A stretch of DNA of 63,485 nucleotides, filler included, from Lenisia limosa (Eukaryota; Protista; Breviatea): the NCBI GenBank assembly GCA_001655205.1. It is 13 parts of 13 records of this genome, joined end to end, with 100 filler letters (N's around TTAATTAATTAA, not from the genome) between each part and the next. Parts side by side here need not be neighbours in the genome. Positions count along the whole stretch, not along the records: positions 39,390 to 41,572 come from LPNZ01005587.1; positions 41,673 to 45,839 come from LPNZ01011384.1; positions 45,940 to 51,374 come from LPNZ01010021.1; positions 51,475 to 57,509 come from LPNZ01003393.1; 9 more parts are not named here. One strand, 5' to 3'. Shown piece after piece: positions 39,931 through 52,148 of this stretch. A program made the translations under genes and the position numbers. Under the pieces are notes generated by a model that saw only the letters and a program-made list of their open reading frames with translations, made no database searches and was not told where the DNA came from. Every line of letters begins with the position of its first letter. Position 1 is the first letter of the stretch.

Positions 39931-41572
39931 TTACAAGAACTTAATAGGGGGCCGCGGCGGGGGACTGGGTAGGTCAGCTGCGAACGAAGATACAACTGCA
40001 AAGGTTAAACTGTGCAACTTATTTTCAAACACTCGAATTGTTTTTTTTTTTGCAGAAAATCGCAGATGTTTAAATCAGGAACATAGGAACATGTAACTAC
40101 ACCAGAGGAGAAGGGCTTCACTTCGGTTCGAAAAAAGACTGAATTTCTCGATAAATCTTCGAAAATTATCGATATTTCGCTGATATTGTTTGAACCGAAG
40201 TGAAGCCTTAGTTGTACCCCCCACCCTCACCTTGTGTTCCTTTGGGAGGAGAAGAAGGAGGGCGACTTTGAAGGGACGAATCTGATGAGTCAAAAAAATA
40301 AAATCAAACGTCATAATTAGGACCCCATTTCCGTCCGAGAAAAGACCGAATTTCTCAATATACAGTGACCGGGATAAGTGCTGACCTATTAACCTTGGGA
40401 AATCACATAGCAAATCAGTCAAGACTTCTCCCCATCTATATCAAAAACTATTGATGACCCATAGGTGTCATGTTATAATAATATGATATGCAGAAGGCGA
40501 AAGCCCTCGCTCGGACTAGGACTTCACTTCGGTTCGAAAAATACCGGCAAAATATCGATAGTTGAGGATTTATCGAGAAATTCAGTCTTTTTTTCGAACC
40601 GAAGTGAAGCTCTAGATATAACCCCCGCCACTTGCTGAAGGCGGAGGTGGGGATGCGGGAGGCTTGTTTTGGAGGTTTGAAGGTTTCTCCATACCTGCTG
40701 GAATGAGTTTCGTTAAATCCCTTTTTCTTATAAAAACATGAAATCTGCTTAACTTTTTACATGGGTGATGCGTAAGGCTAGTTTTTCGATAATAGAGAGA
40801 TAACACATTGAGANNNNNNNNNNNNNNNNNNNNNNNNNNNNNNNNNNNNNNNNNNNNNNNNNNNNNNATCCATCTGTATCCGAGACATCCTGAATCCTTA
40901 TAAGTAGGGCTTCTCTACGGTCCGAAAACGACTGGTAAAATATCGATATTTATCGATAAATTCACTCTTTTTGGACCGGAGGCAAGCCCTAATTATAAGG
41001 AAGCTCACCTGGAGGAGGCGGTGCAACGGGAGGTTTACATAGGAGGGAGCTTGAATGCGCCATTTTGGCATGCTTTGCGGGAGGAGGTGCTGGAGGGCGC
41101 GGGGCGGGCGGTTTGGACTGGAATGGTGTAACTTTTAAAATGATCAAAAGCACCCCATCTCTGTGTTGACAATAAAGTATATCGGAAAACGATTATTCAT
41201 GTTGGATGAACAAAGAGAAAATAATATATTGGCGTATGGTCAGGAGCTTAGGTTTCCAGGGACATTTAACCGTAAACACATCGGGAAAGAAACCAATACA
41301 AAAATAAAAATTTTATATGGGGCCCTAATTAATCATAATTCAAGTACCACTTTTGAGAATAAGGTTAGAGAAGTTCCGTCAGCAAATTTATATTCAAAAA
41401 GGGAAACAATGATCCAAAATGAAAACAAGCCACACTGCTGGATCTCTATGATCCTAATAGAGACTTACTGCAAAATACCCCACGATACCATTTGTGGTGG
41501 TGGCGGTGGCGGCCGTTTTCCAGCAGGAGGGGCAGGGGCAGGAGGTTTTGCTGTCTTTGGTGCGGGAGCAGG
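39931..41572 (-). CDS. C-terminal fragment of a proline-rich protein
   Basis: Exons read PAPAPKTAKPPAPAPPAGKRPPPPPPQM, KPPAPRPPAPPPAKH...PPVAPPPP, GMEKPSNLQNKPPASPPPPSASG and ...DLPSPPPRPPIKFL-TAA. Confidence 0.6.
40111..40210. mobile_element. MITE family A, full copy (intronic)
   Basis: AAGGGCTTCACTTCGGTTCGAAAAAGACTGAATTTCTCGATAAA...GAACCGAAGTGAAGCCTTA. Confidence 0.88.
40517..40614. mobile_element. MITE family A, full copy (intronic)
   Basis: TAGGACTTCACTTCGGTTCGAAAAA...TTTTTCGAACCGAAGTGAAGCTCTA. Confidence 0.88.
40905..40991. mobile_element. MITE family A2 with TSD
   Basis: Flanks CTTATAAG / ATTATAAG (7/8 match). Confidence 0.85.
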
Positions 41573-41672
41573 NNNNNNNNNNNNNNNNNNNNNNNNNNNN
41601 NNNNNNNNNNNNNNNNTTAATTAATTAANNNNNNNNNNNNNNNNNNNNNNNNNNNNNNNNNNNNNNNNNNNN

Positions 41673-43021
41673 TCCTGGAAGGCCTTCTTCGCGTCAGCAG
41701 GCGTGGCGTACACGTAACTCAGCTCTTCCGTCTTCTCTGGTGTAATCTCTGTTGTGGCTGCCTTCTGGGGAGGGGGGGGGAGGGATCAAGAGTGTCTGGA
41801 TACAAACGATGCCTGTATTCTTGTCATGTTGAACGTGGGTTATTTGTTTGGTAATGAAGTTTCAACTACAAAAGATGTTTAAAAAGTAAAAAAGAAAACA
41901 TCAAAGGTATAGTTCAATCGTCATTTGCATCATTTACAGTAGAGGTACACCACCACACGCCACACGAACCTTCGCGAAGTCAAGCGGCTTGTCCCATGTT
42001 GTGACCTTGGTGACCGAGTTGAAGTAGTAGGCCTTGCCATCAGCAGTGATATGCTGTCTCCAAGCTCCCACTCCAGACAGCTGCGGAGGGTAACGAAATT
42101 TGACTAATCTTAAGGGGCACAGGTAGACTAAATATCTGGTAAAAATATTTGGCTGAATTAGTATGATAATCCCTTATAAACATACTATGTGGACACCTCC
42201 GCCCCCTAACCACACAGTTCAAAATCATTTAAAAATAGCTACAAAAATGACACAAGACCACAGTGATAATTACTATTTAAACCAATCTTATTTTCTTCAA
42301 CCGACATCAGGTACAAACATGGGCAGTTTCAACAGAGAAGATATTAACTCTCTTTCCCAACGCCTGGAACACACACAATTCCACGCTCCAACATTCGATA
42401 CCTTAACCCCACTCGCCCCCTCCAGCTATCTTCTTCATTACTATTGACTGTCATCAATACAGTAAAATATTGCAAATTCACTCAAAAAGGTACACCCATG
42501 GAAGATACAATCGCATATACAGGCTGCATCAGCCAGAATTGTTGCATATCGTCGTTGTCAAAAAAACATTGTTGAAGTCATAATGCTAATTACCCAATCA
42601 TTCGTATCCATATGCCCCACTACCCGCTTGATCACCCATGCACTGGGAGAAGTAGATAAGAAGTTGTCAACTCAGCTCTGATCCACTATCCTCCCATGAT
42701 TAGTTCTCCCCAATCATCAAACCTCTTCCTTGGTCATCAAGATCCTGGGCTTGTCATACGTCGACCTTTTTGTGGTCTTGTTGTAGTAGAATGGCCTGCC
42801 ATCAGGGGTTTTGTGCTGACTCCACTGCGTTGGGGTCTAGAGCACACAGTGAGTGATGGATCAATGTAACATAGCAGGAATGATTAAGGAGGAGGTAGAA
42901 TGGCTCAGAAGGCAAGCTTACTTCCTGGGGAACAGTTTTCTTTTGTGGGATACCAGGAGGTGGTCCATGCGCACCTGAAATGTCAAAAATGTTACTTACA
43001 GTGATAATACTAACCTCCCAT
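41673..43021 (-). CDS. PRPF40: PRP40-like splicing factor N-terminus (two WW domains, start of the FF region); 3'-truncated
   Basis: MGGAHGPPPGIP..., WW1 WSQHKTPDGRPFYYNKTTKRSTYDKP, WW2 WRQHITADGKAYYFNSVTKVTTWDKP, then YVYATPADAKKAFQE (typical pre-FF motif). Confidence 0.8.
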
Positions 43022-43327
43022 GGCGAAGGAAACTGACTAAGACAAAATATAAAACAGAGGTTTACCGTAATTCCCAATTCTCTATCCTGAAACAACTATA
43101 ATATAATGTCAAACTATTATTGCATTGATAAGAGGTGGTTTTTTGGCGAAAAAAATCTCAAGTCTTCCTCCTCCGGTCGCCTTAAGTTTATGGTTTGGCG
43201 CGTTTCCGTTGCTTCCTCTTCTCGCGCCCATCAGTCCAACACCATACTTATATATATACGAGGAGCAAAACTATGCGCAATATGACAGGCACACTTTCGA
43301 ACTCGCCGTGATCCCTCGCTGTTATTC

Positions 43328-45544
43328 ATGTCACGACGGAAGTTCTATTCTTCCGGCTCCACAGCCACCACTTTTGGAACCCTAGGGGACAGCAATGAAG
43401 GCGACCCATACAGTTTTGCTCTCAAAAAGCCAGAAGACGATGAGCTAGCAGGGATCGCTGGCCGTTCTGGTGGATGGAAGCAGAAATGGCGTCCCAAGAC
43501 TGCGCAAGCAAAGGAGAGCTCTTCATCTTCATACAACTGGCGTGCGGCCCTTGCTGATAAGAAGAAGCAGGCTGAGGAGGGAAAGAAGAAGAAGTGGATG
43601 GAAGATGACGAGGCTAAAGAGGAGGTTTGTTGGTTTGGGTGGTGTAACGGTTTGGCAACTGCTATATTTGGCCGTTGTTTTTGGGCTAATGTCACATTCT
43701 CATTTTTTTTAGAACCAACTCATGGTTCAATAATGTAAATATACTGTTCAGTTTTTTTAAAATAGAATTCGACTGCGTTGCCCCGGTTACCCGAATTGAC
43801 TTGACTTATAAACCCCAATGTCTCAAATGACAGTTATTTCTGCTTTGTGGTTGTATGTTAATTGATCATTGTTTAGGTGAGGGTTTAGTATTGTGGATTG
43901 TTCCACAATATGCGATAATGTAATTTAGGAGACAGTGGAGACGGAGCGGGCAGTTGGCAGATTATTCGACTCGACTGGCATTGCTAAAGTGGGGGTGGAG
44001 GTGATACACTAATAATGCCAGAAGGGGGTGGCATAGTACACATGGATAAGTCCTCGCTAATATTAAGGCAAAACATGTTGGTAATGTGCTAGCTCTCATA
44101 TCCCGCCCGTGTTCTCTTACTAATATTCCAGGTTGCAGTTACCGAACCCGAAGAGGGCAGAACACCCACAGGATCCCCGACAGTCTCTCCAAACACCAGT
44201 GTCGGAGACCTTCCTCAAGGTGTGACACTTCTTTTTGAAGATCTGGGTTCTAACCGCTCGGATTTTGGTTAACAATTTATGGTGAAAAACAATAATGGCT
44301 ACAGTTAGGGCTTTTTGCTCTATCAAGAGCATGGGCTTTTTTGGAGACTGAAGTGAAGCTCAAAACCCCACCACCATCTCCATTCCTTACTGAATATAGT
44401 GGAGTCACTGAGCGTTTCCCTCAAATCGGAACCCTCAGTCGCTGCCCTCAACACCGGTTGGAATGTTGTTGAAATCATGACACCGTGTATTATTTTTGTT
44501 TGAATATTTTGTCTCGAAAAAACATCAACATCAACCAAATGTTGTTTTCCAAAAGAATCACGTTTCCCTTATTATCTAGAACCACATCCGTATACTCCCA
44601 TGGATGATTATATGACCGAAATGCAGGCACCAGGTCTTGCAAATGCTCTGAGTTGGGGGGATGGGGTAATGAATGAGATCATATCAATGGCTTTGGGATA
44701 TTCCACTCATGTTTTATTGATAGGTCTTTTGATTAATTAATTGTATTATATTGTTTCTGAGGTACTGGATCCGCCTTCAGTACGCCATATTCATACAATT
44801 GTTTGAAGTGGGGTTAGGAAAATGATACCAGTCTACAAACACAGCGAAACTCAAAACCGTTGAATCTCTCTATATTGATCCCGTTCATGCATTCCTTTTT
44901 ACCCCCTCCAGCCTCTCTTACCGAACGCCGCACTCCAAGCCCGTCACCCCATACCCTGCACCCCGCCCTCAAAGAACCCGTGGGATGGCTTGGAACATGG
45001 GAGTAGGAGTATGAAACACTTACTGGAATAGCCACCACCACTGACACTTGCTCCTTGAAAAAACATAGATTTTTGAGTTGTTTTTATACTTTTTGGTAAA
45101 ATAACGGAACTGATCACTTACGAGTTGCCTATCATCTTCCAGGCCCCCTACACGTACCAAGCCCCCCAGTCTCCGCCCATCACGCCACCGCGATATTCGT
45201 ACCAGCCGCCTCAGAGCCCGCCAAAATTCGGTAGTGTTGTTGGTATGTTGGGACTGAGATGTTATTGGTGTATTGGTGTAAGTAATGTGAATGGCGCGGG
45301 GGGGTGCAGTACAGTGGCAAGAGAGGGGTTAGTGGGGCTTTATGTTTTACAGTGGCAAGAGAGGGATTAGTGGGTTTTACCAATTTCTCGATTTTTTTTT
45401 ATTCTCACGCCGATCTAGCACCTGTACCCTTCAACGCCTCGGCATCTTTTTCTGAAAGCTCCATTTCGGAAGTATTGGAGGAGTCGCGGACGGACCTGTC
45501 GGAAGCATTGTCGGAGGCAGTGTCGGAAGGTAGCGGAAGCCAAT
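43328..45544 (+). CDS. Hypothetical low-complexity protein; 3'-truncated
   Basis: Exon 1 MSRRKFYSSG...KKKKWMEDDEAKEE with a GT donor, then short S/P/E-rich exons (VAVTEPEEGRTPTGSPTVSP; QAPYTYQAPQSPPITPP; SESSISEVLEESRTDLSEALSEAVSEG). Confidence 0.6.
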
Positions 45545-46229
45545 NNNNNNNNNNNNNNNNNNNNNNNNNNNNNNNNNNNNNNNNNNNNNNNNNNNNNNNN
45601 NNNNNNNNNNNNNNNNNNNNNNNNNNNNNNNNNNNNNNNNNNNNNNNNNNNNNNNNNNNNNNNNNNNNNNNNNNNNNNNNNNNNNNNNNNNNNNNNNCTT
45701 CCTTGACTAGTCTAGAATAAATGACCAGGCATTCGAGCCCCGCAGGACTGAAGTGTAATCGAGGCCACGTGTTATACATTGCTCTTTTTTAATCCCTTAA
45801 AGTACATTATATCATTTATTTCTGACCCCCCCCCCCCCCNNNNNNNNNNNNNNNNNNNNNNNNNNNNNNNNNNNNNNNNNNNNTTAATTAATTAANNNNN
45901 NNNNNNNNNNNNNNNNNNNNNNNNNNNNNNNNNNNNNNNGATTTGCTGGATGATTTTCTAAGGAAAATCGGTCAAGACTTATCCCGGTCACTGTATATCG
46001 ATATGGATATAGAATGCTGTATGAATGCTGTATATGGAAGATTGAATGCTGTATATGCCACGCGTATGTTAATAAAAAATTGCGATCAAAAATTCAGTCT
46101 TTTAGCAAGAAGCATGGAAATAAGTGAGTAGTGTGATAGTAATTGTATGTTCTTTGTAATCAGAGCAACTTAACTCCTTTTATTTCCTTTCATCATTCAA
46201 CACAATGACATTATTTTCTTTATTGTAAA

Positions 46230-48250
46230 AGGGATGTCAAAGACGTGCATGTTGTGACCCTCATTTCTGAGTCCCTCCATGGCACTGACCTTGAGGTGTA
46301 TGCTGCCTCGATGAAATGTTGTGGCTTTGAAAAGACAGGGAGACATAACCCTGCGCTTATCAACAAAGATGTCTACGCACCTGGTCTTCCCTACCGTTAC
46401 AACACCATCAGCGGTCCATTCTTGAAGAGTCTCTACTCCCACATCAATCTACATACCCCTCCTGGAACTGCATTCTTTACCCCTTCTTACATCGATCTTT
46501 CAAGTCGAAGCCCACACCTGAGAAAATCATCAAGTTCCATACAAAGCTGAATGAAAGGCACTCAAAGGGCAATTTGCAGCACCTGTTTGCAATGGTCAAA
46601 TCAACCAAGGAGCGAGTACAGAAGGATATTGGCAGCAATAACCCATTCTATGAAGGGGCTGCCTCAATGGCTGTTCTTCTCTGTGCTGATGCCCCCCCTT
46701 CCGCCTTAAAGAAAGTTCTCGCTGCTTCAACAATTTTGTGTGCCTCTTCTGATTACCAACAAGCAATACATGACTCCAAAGCCATACATGATATTGTGTT
46801 AAAGGTTTGAATGAATTGTTATTATACAACCTGTATTTTTTACAAGAGAATTCCTTACAATTCTCTAGGTTTTGGAAGTCGGCGCCATTATTGAAGTCGT
46901 CCCTTTGTCTCCCGGAGAACAAATTGTAACAATTGAGAAAGACGAGTAATTACCAAATTGGAAAACCTCAAGGAAGCCAGAATTAGAAACCAAAGATTCT
47001 CAACCGAATTTGGTGGAATTGTCGGTCAAAAGGAGACTATCCGTGATGCTTGTCCCTCAACACGCAGTTATCCCTGGTACCTTTAACTGGGAGAGCAAGA
47101 AACCCAGGTTTTCTCATCCCATTCTTCTCAAGATTGGTAGCAGGGATATTGCCTTGACGACAACACTCCCAATATCTTGGTTTCAGTCTCACCCTGAGGA
47201 AGCAAAAGATATTTAAGCAAGAGATAGAACATTACATCACTTCCAGCTTCCTTCGTTCCCTGTATCAGCCCGACAATCTCACAGCTCCTCTCAAGTCTGC
47301 CTTTATTAATAAATCCAGTCCTGCCTTCCCAACATTCACCGCCAAGTCAACTCCCCTTAGCGATGTAACTTTCCGCACTGCACATCGTGAAAAGGTTTCT
47401 TTGCATTAGCAGCTAAAAATATCCTATCNNNNNNNNNNNNNNNNNNNNNNNNNNNNNNNNNNNNNNNNNNNNNNNNNNNNNNNNNNNNNNNNNNNNNNNN
47501 NNNNNNNNNNNNNNNNNNNNNNNNNNNNNNNNNNNNNNNNNNNNNNNNNNNNCGTTGCTATCGCAACTCGTTTATGATATTCTAATAACGTTATTTTGGT
47601 CCCCCAGGTTTATCATATTGACCACTGTCATTTTTGGGGCCCGCCCCGCACCAGGGTCACCTGGAACGAACTTCACTCATTTCCACAAAAGGTAAAATAT
47701 ATATGGGGCCACGGAGCCGCTTTTGTGAAATACATTAGTGCCTCTCGTGACCCACCTTGGATAAGTTAGTCTCAACAACGTAGTACGTTGTGAAATAAAC
47801 TGAAGCCTTTGACGAAATACCTTAACAGCTCGACACTCTTTAAGGTATTTCCCCAAAGTAAAATTTATTATTTGTAGAAATGTCTCCGGGATTGCTGGAA
47901 CATGTTCCTAGGGGCACTCCGTTCAATTCGCATCGGGAGGCCATGGTTGGTGAGTCTGAGGAGGGCCGGGTCTATGGCCAGAAGCGGTAGTCCTGCCGTG
48001 ATGTCATTCTTGACGCAGCTCGAATGGTATGTGGGTTTTGCTGAACGGACAATCACTATGACGATTGAGGATTTGTTAATAGTATGTAGGTCTGGGACAG
48101 AATGTGAGGCGATGGGGTTATCAAGGTCAAGGCCTCGAACAAGAACGGCGTGTCGGTTGCCCTGGACACCACCCAAAAACACGAGCTTTACCGAAAATGC
48201 GAGCGCTTTTTGAAAATCCCCAAAAACGGTCCTAAAAGTCCCTCAAAAAC
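46230..48250 (+). pseudogene. Decayed, intron-poor large ORF of unknown family
   Basis: Long protein-like stretches (VHVVTLISESLHGTD...TPPGTAFF; FKSKPTPEKIIKF...IHDIVLK; EMSPGLLEHVPRGTPF...) are broken by frameshifts (~46497, ~47213) and in-frame stops (~46948, ~47987, ~48105). Confidence 0.55.
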
Positions 48251-48679
48251 TTAATAATGGGGTTTGTTTTCTGAAACAAGTTATGAAATACACAAATAAG
48301 CAAATTTAAATTTTTGGAAATTCTAGAGTAGTCTCAAAAAAATCAGTTCAGTTCATTACCCTTAGTTTTTTTTCGAGAAGAAGACTTCTTCCAAACACGT
48401 CTTCAAATTGAAAAAAAAATATGCTCGGAGTTGTGCTAATTTGAAAGTAATCACCAACAGCTGTTTCTCTGTGTTTTCTGTGTTTTCAGAAAACAAAGAT
48501 CTCGCAATAATTTCACCGAAGTTGGTCCGAAGTTGCGGGGGCGTAAAGGTGCTAATCACGAACCGANNNNNNNNNNNNNNNNNNNNNNNNNNNNNNNNNN
48601 NNNNNNNNNNNNNNNNNNNNNNNNNNNNNNNNNNNNNNNNNNNNNNNNNNNNNNNNNNNNNNNNNNNNNNNNNNNNNNT

Positions 48680-49500
48680 GCCACTTGCATCTCAGTGTCA
48701 AACCTTGATGGCCAAATCATCAAGTCACCCATCATCATTGGCGGAGATGATATTCTCACCAAGTCTCAACCTACCTCTCTCTGCGATCTTCAGCTCCCTA
48801 CTGTCCTCAAGAAGACCGGTATCGCCTCTATCGATGAAACTCTCGCGGCTTACTTTGAAGACCCACTAACTAACACTGACCTTCATACTCCTACTTCTCA
48901 AGCCTCAAAGGATGCATCTGACAATGGGATGGATCATTTTGGAGTAAACAAAAGTGCTTACTTCAAGACCACACGTTGAACCCTGCTCTTCAACGAGCTT
49001 TGCTGCTTTTTGTGAGTGGGGAGAATGTGTACTAATTCTGAAAATAGTCTCTCTATCTTGTCATGATATTCTTGGTGATACATTTCTTAGTCTTTTCATG
49101 TTCTATTCTGTTGATCACAAAAAATTCAGATTTTGTGAGGTTTCTCGAAGATAATGAAATTGTTGTGATATTTCACACACTTTTTTTAATGGAACATCAT
49201 ATCTGTGAGACCCAGCTTTGATGTGACATACATGTATGTATTACATCATTTTAACTTCACACAAATCCCCAGTACTTCAAAGGTACACATAAAACCACTA
49301 TGTATTAATATTGCCTTTTGGCATAAGGTCGTTCTCTTTTCCCATCTATTCCTGCCTCGCACTTTTTGGATTTAACATATTGGTTAGGTTGGGAGAAAGG
49401 TGGGTATTGTGAAAACATATTGGTTAGGCTGGGAGAGAGATGGGTATTGTGAAAACATATTGGTTAGGCTGGGAGAAGGATGAATATTGTGAAATACCGA
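48680..49500 (+). pseudogene. Degenerate coding remnant, possibly tyrosine-recombinase-like
   Basis: Open frame 48680-48979 continues as R*TLLFNELCCFL*VGRMC...HVLFC*SQKIQIL*G, with TGA at Arg-like positions. The similarity is weak and judged by eye only. Confidence 0.25.
49376..49495. repeat. ~40-bp tandem repeat x3 (CATATTGGTTAGGCTGGGAGA...ATTGTGAAAA)
   Basis: Three adjacent near-identical units. Confidence 0.9.
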
Positions 49501-51547
49501 ACATTACCTCTAATATTATGATTGATTCCATTTCTTTCAACACTCTGATTACTACTCAATCATGGAACACACACCATTGATCCCCTTTTAGGATGTTCAC
49601 GAGATTCTGTCAGCACGAGAATCACCACGTGCTACTACGCCACCGGATCGACTTTATCTAATTTCTTCTTTAGGTAGTTGCAAGGGGCTGAAACTCCCGG
49701 AAATAGATCTATAGAATCTCCAGAGAAACAGAGAAATTAATGGAGAAATGCCAGATCCCAATGAGATCCTGAACAAGATCCTGATGAGATCCCAAGATTC
49801 CTCGCCCCCTGTTTTTTTTTTTGATTTTTTTTCCTTTTTTTCCTTTTTTGATGAAATTTATTGTATCCAAGTTTCATCCTTTATAAAAACATCTCAACAA
49901 CAACAAACCTCCATATCTTTGCCAAATCTTCATATCCACTCCATACACAATCCAATCCAAAAAAACCCATATTATTTATATCATGATTGAAGATTGGTAA
50001 AATTATGTGATTATTGTTTTTTATTATGGTATATTTTAATGTGATACTTACGATGTTGCATACTTGGTTGTTGAAATATGAGAGCCTGATGGATGAGTAT
50101 ATGTCATGGTTTTAGTTTTCGCTTTTGTTTATTTGGTTTTATTTTATTGATGAAACAATACTGATGTGTGTGTGATTAAGAGACTTCCAGTTAAACTGCA
50201 GGGACTTCAAACTCTAAGAAAATAAACCTGAACAGAACCACACGTACCTAATACACACTCACATCAGCTCACCCTTAGACCTCTCCTGCAGAGACACCTT
50301 TTTGAAAGCAATCTTTTCCAGGCTTGTCAACACCTCATTATTGTATTTGATCGCCTCTTTTTACTGGCCATTAACAACAAAATTCCATTTTCCAAAGTCA
50401 GATTGGAACACAGTCCCAGGAGCCACCTCTTCNNNNNNNNNNCGACCTTGCCAGCGCACTATCCCAGATAGGGCCAAGACAATTCTCCTAAGCAGTAGCA
50501 GCGGTCTCGATGACGAAAGTGATGACCTCAGTCTCATTTTTCTTGCCGGCTCTTTGGACCGTCCTCCTTGGTTGCGTCGCCTTGGGTCGTCGTAGAGATG
50601 CTAAAGATAAAACAGAAGTACATACCACAACAGAAAGCTTAGGAAAAGCTCCAAGTACTCCCCCAAAACACAATGTACTGACAAATACATTCAAAATTCC
50701 CGGACACATCAAAACTCCCGGACAGCTTGAGTTTTCCCCTACAAAATCACCATAAACCACCCAAAAACCCTATTTCCCTTTTGTTTTCGAAAGTAAGCTC
50801 AATCTTAATTAAAGAATGAAACCCCAATTTAACATATTGTCGGGTCAAAACCAAATTAAGTCCCTGAGCTCTCTGTTAATGGTCCAAATACTGTCAAAAA
50901 CACGCAAAAACCGTTATAAAAGGCCACATTCAAGGAATAAATGGCAACTATTCGGGAAAGTTTAACCTTGTAGACAGTGCTATTTTGAGCAATTTTCTCT
51001 CAAAATTCACCATTACATTGCCAACGTAAAGTGGAAACCGGAACCAAATACTCTGAGGGGTGCAAATTTTTGTTTCTTAACACTTAAAGAGGGTAAGATT
51101 CAGAAAAAAATCCTGTGAAAAGGCAAAAGGGAGACCCCCGGGAGACCAAATTCACGGATTTTTGACGTTTGCTCAAAATTGAAAATAAAAGTTAGGGAAC
51201 ATTAGGGTAACGTTTATTGTTACTTTGTATAACAACAAAGAATTCATGTCTAGAAAAATTGTAACACGCGCCGAGATCATCAACTGCAGTATGTCTTTTC
51301 GATGACATATGTTGTATGTATGACATAATATACATATCATAAACTACTAATATCAGTATATACTCAAGGTCCTANNNNNNNNNNNNNNNNNNNNNNNNNN
51401 NNNNNNNNNNNNNNNNNNTTAATTAATTAANNNNNNNNNNNNNNNNNNNNNNNNNNNNNNNNNNNNNNNNNNNNCGCTCTCCTTTTGGAAGACCATATTA
51501 ACTCAAATGGCAAGCAGTATGGGGGGGAGGGGGAGTGGAATGTATAC

Positions 51548-51646
51548 TGGGGCTTCACTTCGGTTCGAAAAAGACCGCAAAATGTCGATAATTTTTGAGG
51601 ATTTATTGATAAATTTAGTCTTTTTTCGAACCAAAGTGAAGCCCTA
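51548..51646. mobile_element. MITE family A, full copy
   Basis: TGGGGCTTCACTTCGGTTCGAAAAAG...TTTTTCGAACCAAAGTGAAGCCCTA. Confidence 0.88.
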
Positions 51647-52148
51647 ATTATGGGGGTAAGAGTTGTTGCAATGGATTATGGGAAGGGGGGGTGTTGAAAA
51701 GGAGTTTGAGGGAGGGAGAATGTTGGAATAGATTATGGGTGTTTTGGAATGGGNNNNNNNNNNNNNNNNNNNNNNNNNNNNNNNNNNNNNNNNNNNNNNN
51801 NNNNNNNNNNNNNNNNNNNNNNNNNNNNNNNNNNNNNNNNNNNNNNNNNNNNNNNNNNNNNNNNNNNNNNNNNNNNNNNNNNNNNNNNNNNNNNNNNNNN
51901 NNNNNNNNNNNNNNNNNNNNNNNNNNNNNNAAGAAGCAACAATTATTTTTAGGCCTCAGTGCCTATTGTCACCAGAACTCCACTTCAGACACTTTATAAT
52001 CAAATTGCGGCAATTCATTTACTCAAATTAATTGCACAGTGTCCTCTTGTTTTTATACTCTAATCAATGTCTGTTACTAATTGTGTAAACGGATATGGCC
52101 AGATATCCTTTTTCATCTCATTTCTACAAATGATATTATTTTGTTACC

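Noticed and set aside
46900-48250. Stop-codon reassignment to explain the in-frame stops
   Set aside because: Conserved genes elsewhere have no in-frame stops in exons and end in TAA, TAG or TGA. This region also has frameshifts, which favours a pseudogene.
51691-52031. ORFs from the supplied track that consist mostly of X
   Set aside because: They are artefacts of translating through N runs.
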